64,000 nucleotides of DNA, taken from IMG/VR virus record IMGVR_UViG_3300020185_000011; one strand, given 5' to 3'. Shown here piece by piece: positions 1-10,577 of the stretch (position 1 is its first letter; each line of letters begins with the position of its first letter). The stretch is from a virus. The notes beneath the pieces were generated by a model. The model was not told the origin of the DNA. It saw only the letters and a program-made list of their open reading frames with translations, and ran no database searches. The position numbers and the translations under genes are program-made.

Positions 1-122
1 ATGCAGTGGAATATACTGGTGAGAATAAAGACACCACAACAGAACGTCACATGGAGCATAGAAAGCTTCTAATGGAGAAAGGAGTCGTCACTCAAGAACA
101 GATTGACAAGGTGATGTCATGA
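1..122 (+). CDS. C-terminal fragment of ORF entering the window, possibly SNase/thermonuclease-like
   Basis: Open frame ...AVEYTGENKDTTTERHMEHRKLLMEKGVVTQEQIDKVMS* ending TGA at 120-122; product is a weak guess from the C-terminal motif. Confidence 0.35.
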   Translation, partial: AVEYTGENKDTTTERHMEHRKLLMEKGVVTQEQIDKVMS

Positions 123-298
123 TTATTTCTCCAATGGATTGTTTCTATATTGCAATGATATGTGCAATATTCGGATTCATAATCCACTTGGAATTAGGAA
201 TGTCAGAGTTAAAGGCTATGATGAAGGAACATACTAGGTTCGACAAAAAAATGTCTGAAGTTGGTAAGAAATTATCTGAAATAGAAAAAAAACTCTAA
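119..298 (+). CDS. small membrane protein (59 aa)
   Basis: MIISPMDCFYIAMICAIFGFIIHLELG...; ATGA overlap with upstream stop; one hydrophobic segment. Confidence 0.6.
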   Translation: MIISPMDCFYIAMICAIFGFIIHLELGMSELKAMMKEHTRFDKKMSEVGKKLSEIEKKL

Positions 299-305
299 AA
301 CCCCC

Positions 306-334
306 TTGCACAAACCCCGAATATAGTCTATAAT
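306..334 (+). promoter_or_regulatory. sigma70-type early/middle promoter
   Basis: TTGCAC-17bp-TATAAT upstream of uvsX. Confidence 0.7.
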
Positions 335-358
335 GGATACACATTATGGAGAAGTGTT

Positions 359-1414
359 ATGTCATTTATTAAAGATTTAGTAAAAGCATCGGGAAACGAA
401 TATGCAAATGTCGTTTCGGACGGTGTTGCAGCTGGAGATGTCGATACCTTTGTAGACACAGGTAGTCACATTTTCAATGCACTATTAAGTGGTTCACTAT
501 ACGGTGGACTTCCCGACAACAAAATTACTGCAATCGCAGGAGAATCAGCAACAGGTAAAACATACTTTGCATTAGGCATAGTAAAACAATTCCTATCTGA
601 TAATCCCGATTCTGCAGTTATATACTTTGAGTCTGAGTCAGCAATATCAAAGGATATGATTGAATCTAGGGGAATTGATTCCTCTAGGATGATTATTGTC
701 CCAGTGGTTACTGTACAAGAATTCAGAACTCAATCGATTAGTATACTGGATAAGTATGCTGAAACCCCAAAATCCAAACGTCCACCTTTGATGATGTGTT
801 TAGATTCACTTGGTATGTTATCAACAACCAAAGAAATCGAAGATACTGCAGAAGGTAAAGAGACAAAGGATATGACTCGAGCACAAATTGTAAAAGGTGC
901 ATTTAGAGTCCTAACTTTGAAACTTGGTCGAGTTGGTGTTCCTATGATTGTCACAAACCACACATATGATGTGATTGGTTCTATGTTCCCTCAGAAAGAA
1001 ATGGGTGGTGGTAGTGGACTCAAGTACGCTGCATCGTCTATCATCTATCTATCTAAAAAGAAAGAGAAGGATGGGACAGAGATAATCGGAAATATCATTC
1101 ACTGTAAGAATGCAAAGTCAAGATTGACTGTAGAAAATAGAATAGTGGATGTTAGGCTTTCTTATGAAAAAGGATTGGACAGGTACTATGGTCTATTAGA
1201 CATGGCACTTGCATTTGGCGTCTTTACAAAAGAAGGAACTCGTGTTAAACTACCTACAGGTAAAACCGAATTCGGAAAGACGATTAATAACAATCCCGAG
1301 AAGTACTTTACAGATGATGTAATGGCACAACTCGAACAGAAAGCACAGGAATATTTTAAGTATGGAACAAGTGAGACTAGAACAGACGATACTGAAGAAC
1401 TTAGTTCAGAGTGA
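359..1414 (+). CDS. uvsX: RecA-like recombinase UvsX
   Basis: Walker [26 protein letters not shown] motifs. Confidence 0.95.
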   Translation: MSFIKDLVKASGNEYANVVSDGVAAGDVDTFVDTGSHIFNALLSGSLYGGLPDNKITAIAGESATGKTYFALGIVKQFLSDNPDSAVIYFESESAISKDMIESRGIDSSRMIIVPVVTVQEFRTQSISILDKYAETPKSKRPPLMMCLDSLGMLSTTKEIEDTAEGKETKDMTRAQIVKGAFRVLTLKLGRVGVPMIVTNHTYDVIGSMFPQKEMGGGSGLKYAASSIIYLSKKKEKDGTEIIGNIIHCKNAKSRLTVENRIVDVRLSYEKGLDRYYGLLDMALAFGVFTKEGTRVKLPTGKTEFGKTINNNPEKYFTDDVMAQLEQKAQEYFKYGTSETRTDDTEELSSE

Positions 1415-2759
1415 ATCTTTTACAAGGAAGGTAATACCATTCCTTAAGGAAGAGTATTTCTCCGAGTCGGACGAGAAGACTGTGTTCAACGAAGTAGTTT
1501 CATACTTCGATAAGTACACTAAACCACCTACAGTGGAAGCACTTCTCATAAATCTTGATAACAATACGTCTCTTAATGACGGACAGTTATCGAACGCAAA
1601 AACTATTGTAGATAGTATTAGTAAGGACAGTGAAGAGACTCCAACCGAATGGTTGGTAGAAGAAACTGAGAAATGGTGTCAAGATAGAGCAATCTATATT
1701 GCAGTCATGGACAGTATCGAAGTCATCGACAAAAAGTCCCAACGTTCGACTGGAGAAATACCCGACCTTTTAAAAGAAGCTTTATCTGTATCGTTTGACA
1801 CTAACATTGGTCACGATTTCATTGAAAACTCAGATGATAGATTCGAATTCTACCACACTGAAGAAGAAAAACTTCCATTTGACTTGGAATACTTCAACAA
1901 GGTTACCAAAGGTGGTCTTCCAAACAAAACTCTAAACATATGTCTTGCTGGTACTGGTGTTGGTAAGTCATTGTTTATGTGTCACATGGCATCAGCCAAC
2001 TTGATGATGAACAAGAACGTACTTTATATTACACTTGAAATGTCAGAAGAAAGGATTGCAGAGAGGATAGATTCGAACACATTGAATATCCCTATGAAAG
2101 ACTTACCCGACTTATCTAAGAATCAATTTGATAAGAAGATTGACAAAATCAAAGAGAAGACCAAAGGTAAACTTATTGTCAAAGAATATCCTACTGCATC
2201 AGCACATGTTGGTCACTTCCGACATCTATTACAAGAACTGAACATTAAGAAAGATTTCAAACCCGATATGATTTATATCGACTATCTAAATATATGTTCA
2301 AGTGCAAGAGTCAAGCCAGGTAGTGGTGCAAACTCATATACACTAGTAAAGAGTATTGCAGAGGAACTTAGAGGACTTGCAGTAGAGTTTGATGTACCAA
2401 TCATGAGTGCAACACAAACAACAAGAAGTGGATATGGTTCTACAGATGTAGAACTTACTGATACTTCAGAATCATTTGGTTTACCAGCGACTGCAGACTT
2501 TATGTTTGCATTGATTACCAGTGATGAATTAGAAGAGTTAGACCAAATGGTGGTCAAACAATTAAAGAACAGATACAATGACCCAACCGTATTCAAAAGG
2601 TTTGTTATTGGTGTCGACAGAAGTAGAATGAAACTCTACGACTGTGAACAAGAAGCACAAGAAGAACTGATAGACTCAGCCGTCGATGATTCAGTACCAG
2701 TGTTTGATAGAGGAAGAAATGATGGACAGAAACGAGACTTTTCAGAATTCAAGGTCTGA
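1362..2759 (+). CDS. 41: replicative DNA helicase (T4 gp41)
   Basis: AGTGVGKS Walker [23 protein letters not shown]. Confidence 0.95.
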   Translation: MEQVRLEQTILKNLVQSESFTRKVIPFLKEEYFSESDEKTVFNEVVSYFDKYTKPPTVEALLINLDNNTSLNDGQLSNAKTIVDSISKDSEETPTEWLVEETEKWCQDRAIYIAVMDSIEVIDKKSQRSTGEIPDLLKEALSVSFDTNIGHDFIENSDDRFEFYHTEEEKLPFDLEYFNKVTKGGLPNKTLNICLAGTGVGKSLFMCHMASANLMMNKNVLYITLEMSEERIAERIDSNTLNIPMKDLPDLSKNQFDKKIDKIKEKTKGKLIVKEYPTASAHVGHFRHLLQELNIKKDFKPDMIYIDYLNICSSARVKPGSGANSYTLVKSIAEELRGLAVEFDVPIMSATQTTRSGYGSTDVELTDTSESFGLPATADFMFALITSDELEELDQMVVKQLKNRYNDPTVFKRFVIGVDRSRMKLYDCEQEAQEELIDSAVDDSVPVFDRGRNDGQKRDFSEFKV

Positions 2760-3474
2760 TGATTTGTTATGGGGTAGTCCTGTAACTGCAATAGAACTTG
2801 ACCCAACACCAATTGATGAGTGGTTTAAAGATAAAGATTTAGATAAACTATGTGCAGAGGAGTTTACATTCAGTAATTGTAAAACTTCAAATAATATAGA
2901 TGCAAATCTTGAAATTGACTATGCACCAGTATTGGATTTAGTATATGACGAGTTCCAACAGTTCTTAGATTTGCTTGGGCCCAAGTGTGTCATTACCAGT
3001 AACTTCGAAGTACCTTGGATTAATGTATATGAAGAGGGTGGATTTCAAGATTCCCATGACCATCAAGGTGATAGGTATAGTGACTTCTCATGGTGTTATG
3101 TACATGAAACTGGGAACTCTCATATTGTATTTAAAAATAGATATGCAACCAATAGTGATGCATGTCTAAAGAATTTACTTGCAGCTTATGAAGCCCATCA
3201 AGTCTATGTACCACAAATTAAAGATAAAGGGACATTGTATATCTTCCCTTCAACAATTTTTCATGCAGTATCACCCAACAAGTGTGCTGAACCTAGAATC
3301 ACATTGTCGGGTAACATTAAACTTACACCCGATGTGACTTCAGAAGGATTAGTAAGGACTGAACTTATCGAAGAGGATTCACTTAAGGACATATCTCGTA
3401 ACAATCTCAAATCAAGACCAAGGTTAGATATGACCCCAAGGAAAAGCCCGTTGACAAAACCTAGGATATTGTAG
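2719..3474 (+). CDS. 2OG-Fe(II) oxygenase-like protein
   Basis: WINVY..FQDSHDH, IFPSTIFHAV, RITLSGN motifs. Confidence 0.75.
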   Translation: MMDRNETFQNSRSDDLLWGSPVTAIELDPTPIDEWFKDKDLDKLCAEEFTFSNCKTSNNIDANLEIDYAPVLDLVYDEFQQFLDLLGPKCVITSNFEVPWINVYEEGGFQDSHDHQGDRYSDFSWCYVHETGNSHIVFKNRYATNSDACLKNLLAAYEAHQVYVPQIKDKGTLYIFPSTIFHAVSPNKCAEPRITLSGNIKLTPDVTSEGLVRTELIEEDSLKDISRNNLKSRPRLDMTPRKSPLTKPRIL

Positions 3475-3480
3475 TATAAT
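3451..3480 (+). promoter_or_regulatory. sigma70-type early promoter
   Basis: TTGACA-18bp-TATAAT. Confidence 0.75.
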
Positions 3481-3505
3481 AAGACTATAGATTATGAGAG
3501 GTCTT

Positions 3506-5020
3506 ATGAAAAAATTAATTACTATACCAGTACTAGCATGTTTAGTTGGTTGTGGTGGTGGTGGAACATCATCCCCCGAACTCCAACAATTGCAGTCTTT
3601 ATCAACCCCACCAGTTTCATCATCCCCGATTTACGGAACCAAAGTAATCGATGGATATGTAGAGGGAGCCAACGTGTTTGTTGATTTCAATTTCAACTTA
3701 ACACAGGATGATGGTGAACCCTCGGGCGTATGGAATGCTGATACCAATGAGTACGAGTTCCAAGTATCAGACTTTAGTGCAATAAGCAACTTCACCACTG
3801 CATGTGGATTATCCCGCCCGAGGGTTGCACAAGTTCCAATAGGTGCATATGACTCAACAAGAGGATATGTAGAAAGTGCATACACCATGTTGTATTTCCC
3901 ACATGGAGATAGTACATACAAAGCAAATGTGACACCATTCACTACCATGTTACTTACTGCAATCAATTCACAATTGAATACTGATATATCAGTTGCAGAT
4001 GGTTGTGGTTCTACTGCAAACGATGTTGCATATTCACTTCAAGGGTCAGTAGACACATTCCTCTATAATCTAGAATCAAATTTCAATATCAGTAGATACT
4101 ATTTCTATGATGATTTCATAGCTTCGGGAGACACCACACAACAAGCCATAGGTGAAAAGGTTGTAGACTTTCTTACTACACTACACACGGTTGAGACCGT
4201 TCTCAAAGAACAATACAATATGGGATTCAGAGGTATCTTAAATGAAGATATCATCACAAAGATTTTAAACAACGAGACTTTTACAGACGTAACATTCGAC
4301 TTGCAGAATGAAACCGTAGGAGAACAACAAGACGAATGGTTCTCCTATAGGAGAATGCACAACTTCAATGAAGTAAGAGGCAATTCCCAAGGACAAATTT
4401 TAGATGTCGACGGCAATCCAATTACAATCACAGTTGCAAATCTTGAAGCCAATGCTTCAGTAATCATATCAGAAAACTATCATGAAAACAAAGAGAGTGA
4501 AACTATTGTCAGTGGACATAGGATACACATATCTATAGAACAACAAAAAGAGGTGGATGGTTACAACTATGAGAAAACCTTTGTAAGATTTGTAGGTGAT
4601 AGTTCACTTGAACTTGCTGTCAGAGACGGATGGAGAAGTGTTGTTCATAGTGGTGGGAGTGGTTCAACAAGTGACTTTGAATTTAGAATACATTCCGTTG
4701 ATGCCAATCCATACTTTGATGAAAATATAGTCAATCTTATGGCAAACAGAAATCCAACAGAATTGGTTCAGTTATATACAGATATCACTGAGATTGATAT
4801 GACCATGAGTGGGTCACAAAGTAACCTATACTTACTGTACGATAACGATTTCCATATTTACGAAGGTGGTAACTCACAAATCAATCTGTGGCAGTTTAGA
4901 CAACAGATGAGAGGTGGTTCCCTTATAGAAGAATGTAAATCTTGGGATTGGGATACAAGAGAAGAACTAGAATTTACTAGTGGGACGGAAGCGTACAATA
5001 GGTGTTCGTCAATGCTATAA
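3506..5020 (+). CDS. lipoprotein of unknown function
   Basis: MKKLITIPVLACLVG/C lipobox, GGGG linker, DGYVEGANVFVD motif; alternative start 3494. Confidence 0.7.
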   Translation: MKKLITIPVLACLVGCGGGGTSSPELQQLQSLSTPPVSSSPIYGTKVIDGYVEGANVFVDFNFNLTQDDGEPSGVWNADTNEYEFQVSDFSAISNFTTACGLSRPRVAQVPIGAYDSTRGYVESAYTMLYFPHGDSTYKANVTPFTTMLLTAINSQLNTDISVADGCGSTANDVAYSLQGSVDTFLYNLESNFNISRYYFYDDFIASGDTTQQAIGEKVVDFLTTLHTVETVLKEQYNMGFRGILNEDIITKILNNETFTDVTFDLQNETVGEQQDEWFSYRRMHNFNEVRGNSQGQILDVDGNPITITVANLEANASVIISENYHENKESETIVSGHRIHISIEQQKEVDGYNYEKTFVRFVGDSSLELAVRDGWRSVVHSGGSGSTSDFEFRIHSVDANPYFDENIVNLMANRNPTELVQLYTDITEIDMTMSGSQSNLYLLYDNDFHIYEGGNSQINLWQFRQQMRGGSLIEECKSWDWDTREELEFTSGTEAYNRCSSML

Positions 5021-5023
5021 ATA
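5016..5023 (+). promoter_or_regulatory. T4-type late promoter
   Basis: TATAAATA consensus. Confidence 0.65.
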
Positions 5024-5034
5024 CATATGATATT

Positions 5035-5211
5035 ATGACTACTAACTTGAAATCCTCAGATGTGATTAGTGCAATTGAAGAAAAGATTGCGTTAAAAAAG
5101 AAACTTCGTGAAGCTAAGAAAGCTTCAGACGATTCTGCAACTAAGAAAATATCAAAGAAAATCGATAAAATCGAGGATAAACTACACTCCACACCGCTCT
5201 CTAAAACATAA
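5035..5211 (+). CDS. hypothetical basic coiled-coil protein
   Basis: ORF downstream of late promoter. Confidence 0.6.
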   Translation: MTTNLKSSDVISAIEEKIALKKKLREAKKASDDSATKKISKKIDKIEDKLHSTPLSKT

Positions 5212-5241
5212 ATAATTCTGTAAATACATACGGAGATATAA

Positions 5242-5628
5242 ATGTCAGAACTCACAGACCTAATTGCTGTTCAACAAGCTACAAAAGCAAAACTAGAGGA
5301 TAAACTAGATTGGCATAACGGTGTAAACAAAACTTATTTTGTGGGCCAATCCAAATCAGAAACTTCTCCAGCAGAGTGGACAGGAGCTGGTAGAGCAGGA
5401 TTCCTACAATGGCATAATGCACAAGGTGTTAACGAAGACGATTTAGACCAACTATTCGTAGATATGTATGCTGAATATATTGATACTGAAATTGGAGGTG
5501 CTAACGCCCTTGAAGTTAATGCAGATTTAGTTACAACAATGCAAGCATCAATCACTTCTTATGCAGCCGACATTGCACACCTTCAATCAAGAGTCGATGC
5601 TGGTGATACAACTCTAGCAGACAGCTAA
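5242..5628 (+). CDS. hypothetical protein
   Basis: 128 aa ORF, GGAG RBS. Confidence 0.7.
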   Translation: MSELTDLIAVQQATKAKLEDKLDWHNGVNKTYFVGQSKSETSPAEWTGAGRAGFLQWHNAQGVNEDDLDQLFVDMYAEYIDTEIGGANALEVNADLVTTMQASITSYAADIAHLQSRVDAGDTTLADS

Positions 5629-5643
5629 AAAATACATAAATAG

Positions 5644-5672
5644 TAGACAAGGACACCAAATTGGTGTATAAT
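5644..5672 (+). promoter_or_regulatory. sigma70-type promoter (late TAAATA just upstream)
   Basis: TAGACA-17bp-TATAAT; imperfect inverted repeat ACACCAA-A-TTGGTGT in spacer. Confidence 0.65.
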
Positions 5673-5679
5673 ACCTACT

Positions 5680-6882
5680 ATGAGTGCAAAAAACTTACAT
5701 TTAGAACATCTAGAAGACGAAATCATCAATCAAGGTATTGATGGTGGTCGTGGTGCAATTAACTTTCTTCAAGGTCTAAGAGACATGATGAAAGGTCATT
5801 CTAACTCTAAAGTTAATATGACTGTTAAGTGGGATGGAGCTCCTGCTATCTTTTGTGGAAGACATCCCGAGACAAATCAATTCTTTGTTGCAAAGAAATC
5901 CCTATTCAATAAGACTCCTTTATTTTATACCTCAGAAGATGAAATAAAGAATAGTCCCGACCTAGGTGGCCAACTTAAAGAAAAATTCCTAACCTCATTC
6001 AAATACTTATCTAAACTATCTTGGAATACAGTCATGCAAGGTGACTTGATGTACACTAACGACAAGAAAACACAGACGATAGATGGTAAGTCGTACATCA
6101 CTTTCCAACCCAACACAATCCTCTATGCAGTTGATGAAGAATCACAACTTGGTAAAGTAATCGCAAACTCTAAGATGGGTATTGTATTTCACACCACATA
6201 CGAAGGTTCAACTATTGAAGGATTGAGTGCATCATTTGGTGCAAACATATCTAAGTTGGGAAGTAGCACAGATGTGTGGTTAGATGATGCAACGTATAAA
6301 GATGTCAGTGGTAACAGTACAATGACTGCAAAGGAAACGCTTGGATTGACTCAAGAATTGACTGCAACAGGTAAAGCATTTCATGGTATCACTAGGAAAG
6401 ACCTACAGAAGTTTCAAGAAATACAATCAACAATCACAAAGAAGGGTGCTGGTGCATCTTATAAGACATACTGCAACTCATTAATCAGACAAGGTAAATT
6501 CAATCCAACATTTGACGGATACATTAAACACTTTGACGGTTACTGGAAAGATAAAGTTGTCGGTGGTGTTAAGACAGAGAAACATAAACTAATCAAAACA
6601 GAAATTGGTCAAGACCTTTTAAGAGAGTTGAAAAGTCTTAAAAAGTTTATCACAAATCTTACTAGTTTCATGGGTCACTTGGTGTCTGCAAAACAAATCA
6701 TAATCGTTGCTCTAAATAGAGTAAAGAGCATCGGAACATTCAAGAAAACGGACAAAGGATTCGAAGCAGTTAACCCCGAAGGTTATGTTGCAATCGATAG
6801 AAGTGGTAAGGCTGTAAAGCTTGTCGACAGAATGGAATTTGCATTTAATAACTTTACAGCAATTAAGAACTGGGACAAGTAA
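5680..6882 (+). CDS. DUF6267-like protein with ligase/nucleotidyltransferase-like motifs
   Basis: HLEHLED N-terminus; VKWDG, QGDLM, PEGYV, VKLVDR. Confidence 0.65.
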   Translation: MSAKNLHLEHLEDEIINQGIDGGRGAINFLQGLRDMMKGHSNSKVNMTVKWDGAPAIFCGRHPETNQFFVAKKSLFNKTPLFYTSEDEIKNSPDLGGQLKEKFLTSFKYLSKLSWNTVMQGDLMYTNDKKTQTIDGKSYITFQPNTILYAVDEESQLGKVIANSKMGIVFHTTYEGSTIEGLSASFGANISKLGSSTDVWLDDATYKDVSGNSTMTAKETLGLTQELTATGKAFHGITRKDLQKFQEIQSTITKKGAGASYKTYCNSLIRQGKFNPTFDGYIKHFDGYWKDKVVGGVKTEKHKLIKTEIGQDLLRELKSLKKFITNLTSFMGHLVSAKQIIIVALNRVKSIGTFKKTDKGFEAVNPEGYVAIDRSGKAVKLVDRMEFAFNNFTAIKNWDK

Positions 6883-7082
6883 TGAAATCATTTAAACAAT
6901 TTTTAGAAGAAGAGTTTGCATTACCAAAGTATCCTGCTCAAACAGATATCAAGTTTAAAGATGATGACTGGGTAGTGGGTGACCCCGAAAAAGCATTCGA
7001 ATACGACACTTCAAAAGATGGTTATGAAAACATCGATAAAATGGATGACATGGTAGACCAAGACCGAGAGAAAATGAAATGA
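6882..7082 (+). CDS. putative head-internal protein
   Basis: N-terminus MKSFKQFLEE resembles T4 capsid-targeting sequence. Confidence 0.55.
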   Translation: MKSFKQFLEEEFALPKYPAQTDIKFKDDDWVVGDPEKAFEYDTSKDGYENIDKMDDMVDQDREKMK

Positions 7083-8365
7083 AAAAGACATTCGGAAAAT
7101 TTCTAACAGAAGCAAAAGACAAAGGTGTGGTATTCACATTCGGTAGATTCAATCCACCCACAACTGGTCATGCAAAGTTAGTAGACAAACTTAAGAAAGA
7201 AGCTGGTGGTGGATATCAACCTATGCTTTTCTCTTCTCACTCAAACGACAAAAAGAAAAATCCATTAGACCACAAGGTTAAAGTAAGATATCTTAAGAAG
7301 TTCTTTGGTAGGATAGTTGCAGACGTACAAGCACGTACTGTATTTGAAATTGCAAACGAGTTACAAAGACAAAAGTTCACACGTGTCAAGATGGTAGTTG
7401 GTTCTGATAGAATCAAAGAATTCGAAATGTTACTTAAGAAGTACAACGGAGTTAAAGCAAGACACGGTTATTACAAATTCGATGAGATTGAAATCGTATC
7501 AGCAGGGGAGAGAGACCCCGATGCAGATGACTTAAGTGGAATGAGTGCATCTAAGTTGAGAGCTCTTGCAGAACAGGGTGATTTCAAAGCATTTGCACAA
7601 GGTGTTCCAACCAAGAACAAGAAAGATATAGAACAACTATACAAAGATATCCGTAAAGGAATGGGTATCGTAGAGTCCACACTACCCGACTATATGATTG
7701 AAGATTTAATCAACGAAGGGGTCTATGACCAAGGAACGTTTAAAGCAGTTTTCTTTAGTGGTGGGCCTGGAAGTGGTAAGTCGACAGTTGTAAATAAGTT
7801 ATCATTAAGAGCTCTTGGTCTTAAACTGGTCAATACAGATAAGGCATTCGAGAACGGATTAAAGAAAGCAGGAATGTCTCTTGACCTTAGAGGTGCAGAC
7901 TTCGACAAGGTTGACCCAATTCGTGCAAGGGCAAAGGATATCACTACAAAGAATATGAATGCCTATATCGGTGGTAGACTTGGAATGATATTCGACACTA
8001 CAAGTGCAAACATATCCAAAGTTAAAGCATATAAAACCCAGTTAGATAAACTTGGGTATGATTCTAAGATGTTGTTTGTTAGTGCATCATTGGACAATGC
8101 ACAAAAAAGAAATGCAAAAAGAGCTAGAAAACTACCATCTGCAATTGTAAAACAAGATTGGGATAATGCACAAAAGAATTCAAAAGAACTACAAAAGGTA
8201 TTCGGTAGAGACTTTGTAGAGATTTCAAACGATGATGATGTTAAATCATTAGAAGCTAAAACTACTAAACTATATTCAAAACTACTCGGTTGGACTGGTT
8301 CATTCCCGAGTAATAAGACAGCACTTGCATGGAAACAAGCAGAACTAGATGCTAAAAAACGATAA
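7079..8365 (+). CDS. cytidylyltransferase-like (HxGH) domain fused to P-loop kinase domain
   Basis: FGRFNPPTTGH, VGSDR, MSASKLR; second domain GGPGSGKS...IFDTT...RNAKR. Confidence 0.8.
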   Translation: MKKTFGKFLTEAKDKGVVFTFGRFNPPTTGHAKLVDKLKKEAGGGYQPMLFSSHSNDKKKNPLDHKVKVRYLKKFFGRIVADVQARTVFEIANELQRQKFTRVKMVVGSDRIKEFEMLLKKYNGVKARHGYYKFDEIEIVSAGERDPDADDLSGMSASKLRALAEQGDFKAFAQGVPTKNKKDIEQLYKDIRKGMGIVESTLPDYMIEDLINEGVYDQGTFKAVFFSGGPGSGKSTVVNKLSLRALGLKLVNTDKAFENGLKKAGMSLDLRGADFDKVDPIRARAKDITTKNMNAYIGGRLGMIFDTTSANISKVKAYKTQLDKLGYDSKMLFVSASLDNAQKRNAKRARKLPSAIVKQDWDNAQKNSKELQKVFGRDFVEISNDDDVKSLEAKTTKLYSKLLGWTGSFPSNKTALAWKQAELDAKKR

Positions 8366-8373
8366 ATAGTACT

Positions 8374-9327
8374 ATGGACATATTAGAATCAATACTTAAC
8401 GAAAGAAAAGTTAAACAAGATAAAGATATTGAAGACCGTAAAGGTACTCAACCATCTAAGTATTATGCAAAGGATGCTGATGGTGATGAAATGTCTAAAT
8501 CCACCAAACAAAAACGTGCAGCTCATTTTGCACAGAAGAAAGACGGCCCTGCACCTGGCGACCATGATGCAGAAACTAAACCTTCCAAACACACTAAGAA
8601 GTATAAAGATATGTACGAAGATGCTGGTAAGTCACTTGCAAAGAAAGCGGATAAATCGGGTATCTCTAAAGGTATTCTACAACAGGTTTATAACAGAGGT
8701 GTCGCTGCATGGAAGACTGGTCACAGGCCAGGCACTACTCCAGAGCAATGGGGACATGCAAGAGTAAACTCTTTCATTACTAAAGGTAAAGGAACATGGG
8801 GTGGTGCAGATAAAGACCTTGCAAAGAAAGCTGGTGCATCTGAGTCAGTCCAAGAAGGAAAACTAGTTACCAGTGCTCATGAAATTATTGATTTAATCAT
8901 GAAAAAGGTTGGTCAAAAAATGGAAGATGAACTCAAAAAGAATCCCGAAAAAGGTATTGGTCTCATCAACACAATCGGTGCAATGATTAAACATAAGGTT
9001 ACTGATAAGAAACAAGAGAAAGGTAAACTATTTCTTAAGTTCGGTGACAATCTAGAAGGTGATGAACTATTCGAAGATGCAGCTGTAGATGCAGCGGAGT
9101 TAAAAGCAAAACAGGCAGGTGAACTCGAAAGACTCAAACAGAGACAAGAGGATGAACTTGAAGCATTGACTAAAAGACACGAAAGAGAACAAGAAAGAGT
9201 TGATGGTCAGAAAGAGAAAGAGACTGCAGACAAACAAATTCAAGCAAAACGTGATGCAGACAGAAAGAAGTCTGAAGCACAATCAGAAAGTTTTAAGACA
9301 TTACTGAAATTAAGAGGTATCAAATGA
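8374..9327 (+). CDS. hypothetical multi-module late protein (DUF5824-like segment)
   Basis: VYNRGVAAWKTGHRPG..QWGHARVNSF; TAAATA 5 nt upstream of ATG. Confidence 0.65.
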   Translation: MDILESILNERKVKQDKDIEDRKGTQPSKYYAKDADGDEMSKSTKQKRAAHFAQKKDGPAPGDHDAETKPSKHTKKYKDMYEDAGKSLAKKADKSGISKGILQQVYNRGVAAWKTGHRPGTTPEQWGHARVNSFITKGKGTWGGADKDLAKKAGASESVQEGKLVTSAHEIIDLIMKKVGQKMEDELKKNPEKGIGLINTIGAMIKHKVTDKKQEKGKLFLKFGDNLEGDELFEDAAVDAAELKAKQAGELERLKQRQEDELEALTKRHEREQERVDGQKEKETADKQIQAKRDADRKKSEAQSESFKTLLKLRGIK

Positions 9328-9755
9328 GCGGAAACAAAACAGATAACGGAGTACACGAAGTGGGTACCGATGAAATTAGAAAGGCGTATCAAGACGATAC
9401 ACCAGGCCAACAGGTAGAAAAATACCTATCACAAATCAAAGATGTTAATGAAGCAATACAAAAGAAACACTTCTCTACTAAGTACCCTAATCCATTAAAG
9501 GGATATCCTTATCAGAAGGAAGAGAAACTAAAAGAAGAAGTTACCGAAGACTTAACAGAGAAATTTAATTCAAAAAAAGAAGTAGCTGATGTTAAAAGAA
9601 TTGATAAGTTATTAGAACAAGCATATAAAGGTATGAATAAATTACAATATGGTAAGTCAACATACATGATGGATGTTAATGACGGTATTGTAAAGGCAAG
9701 AAGAGCATTAATTACATATTCAGATATAGCAGCTAATGGTGAACTAGACGACTAA
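9324..9755 (+). CDS. hypothetical protein
   Basis: 143 aa ORF coupled by ATGA overlap. Confidence 0.7.
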   Translation: MSGNKTDNGVHEVGTDEIRKAYQDDTPGQQVEKYLSQIKDVNEAIQKKHFSTKYPNPLKGYPYQKEEKLKEEVTEDLTEKFNSKKEVADVKRIDKLLEQAYKGMNKLQYGKSTYMMDVNDGIVKARRALITYSDIAANGELDD

Positions 9756-10291
9756 TGAAAACGTTGAGAGAAGTCGCAATAGACGAAACATTAGAGTCTT
9801 TGCAGTCAGAAGGTATCAACCTTACAGATAACCCATTCAGATTAGGTTCAATGATGTATTTTGAAATCATCAAAGAAGCACGAAAGCTTGTTGCTGAAGA
9901 CAGGTACACACTCACAGAAGTCGACAAACAAATCATAGAAACAGACCTAGGTCAATTCGAAGTATACGAAGGGAACATTGTTCCTTTAGATTGTCCTATG
10001 ATTATGGAAGAAGAAGACAAGAAAGACGTTAAACTGAACTCACCAAAGGTTGGTGGCTCCAAAAAATACTATGTCTATGTAAAAGACGGTGATAAGATTA
10101 AGAAGATATCATGGGGTGATACCACAGGGTTGAAAGTAAAACTGAATAACAAGAAGGCAAGAGCATCTTTTGTTGCAAGACACCAATGTGACACAAAGAA
10201 CGATAAGACTACGGCAGGCTATTGGGCATGTCGACTACCGTACTACGCAAAACAATTAGGTTTGAGTGGTGGGGGAGATTTTTTTTGGTAG
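9755..10291 (+). CDS. hypothetical protein (DUF6321-like C-terminus)
   Basis: KKYYVYVK..ARASFVARHQC..AGYWAC. Confidence 0.65.
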   Translation: MKTLREVAIDETLESLQSEGINLTDNPFRLGSMMYFEIIKEARKLVAEDRYTLTEVDKQIIETDLGQFEVYEGNIVPLDCPMIMEEEDKKDVKLNSPKVGGSKKYYVYVKDGDKIKKISWGDTTGLKVKLNNKKARASFVARHQCDTKNDKTTAGYWACRLPYYAKQLGLSGGGDFFW

Positions 10292-10316
10292 TCTAAATAT
10301 AGGTGTAGGTTATATT

Positions 10317-10577
10317 ATGAGAGAATTATATCACAGTTATTTAAGGGATGATAGAAAAGCAGAAGTCTATAAGACAGACAAGGGCTGGGAAGTTGACCTT
10401 AGCAGTTTAACAAACAACGAATATGCAACAAGGAAGGTTCACGACCACTCAGAAACATATGCTGAGAATCTCGCAGAGAACTATGTTGATAAGATATTTG
10501 ATTTAGAACCAAATGACTTTGGATACTATGGATATAAGGAAAAGACAGACAACTATGTCCACGAACTTGACGACTAA
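10317..10577 (+). CDS. hypothetical protein
   Basis: ORF after CTAAATA; SETYAENLAENYV motif. Confidence 0.65.
   Translation: MRELYHSYLRDDRKAEVYKTDKGWEVDLSSLTNNEYATRKVHDHSETYAENLAENYVDKIFDLEPNDFGYYGYKEKTDNYVHELDD

Noticed and set aside
10279-10291. T8 run at the end of ORF 9755 as a frameshift site
   Set aside because: The -1 frame stops within 3 codons. The +1 frame is open, but the next gene has its own CTAAATA box and start, so fusion is not needed to explain it.
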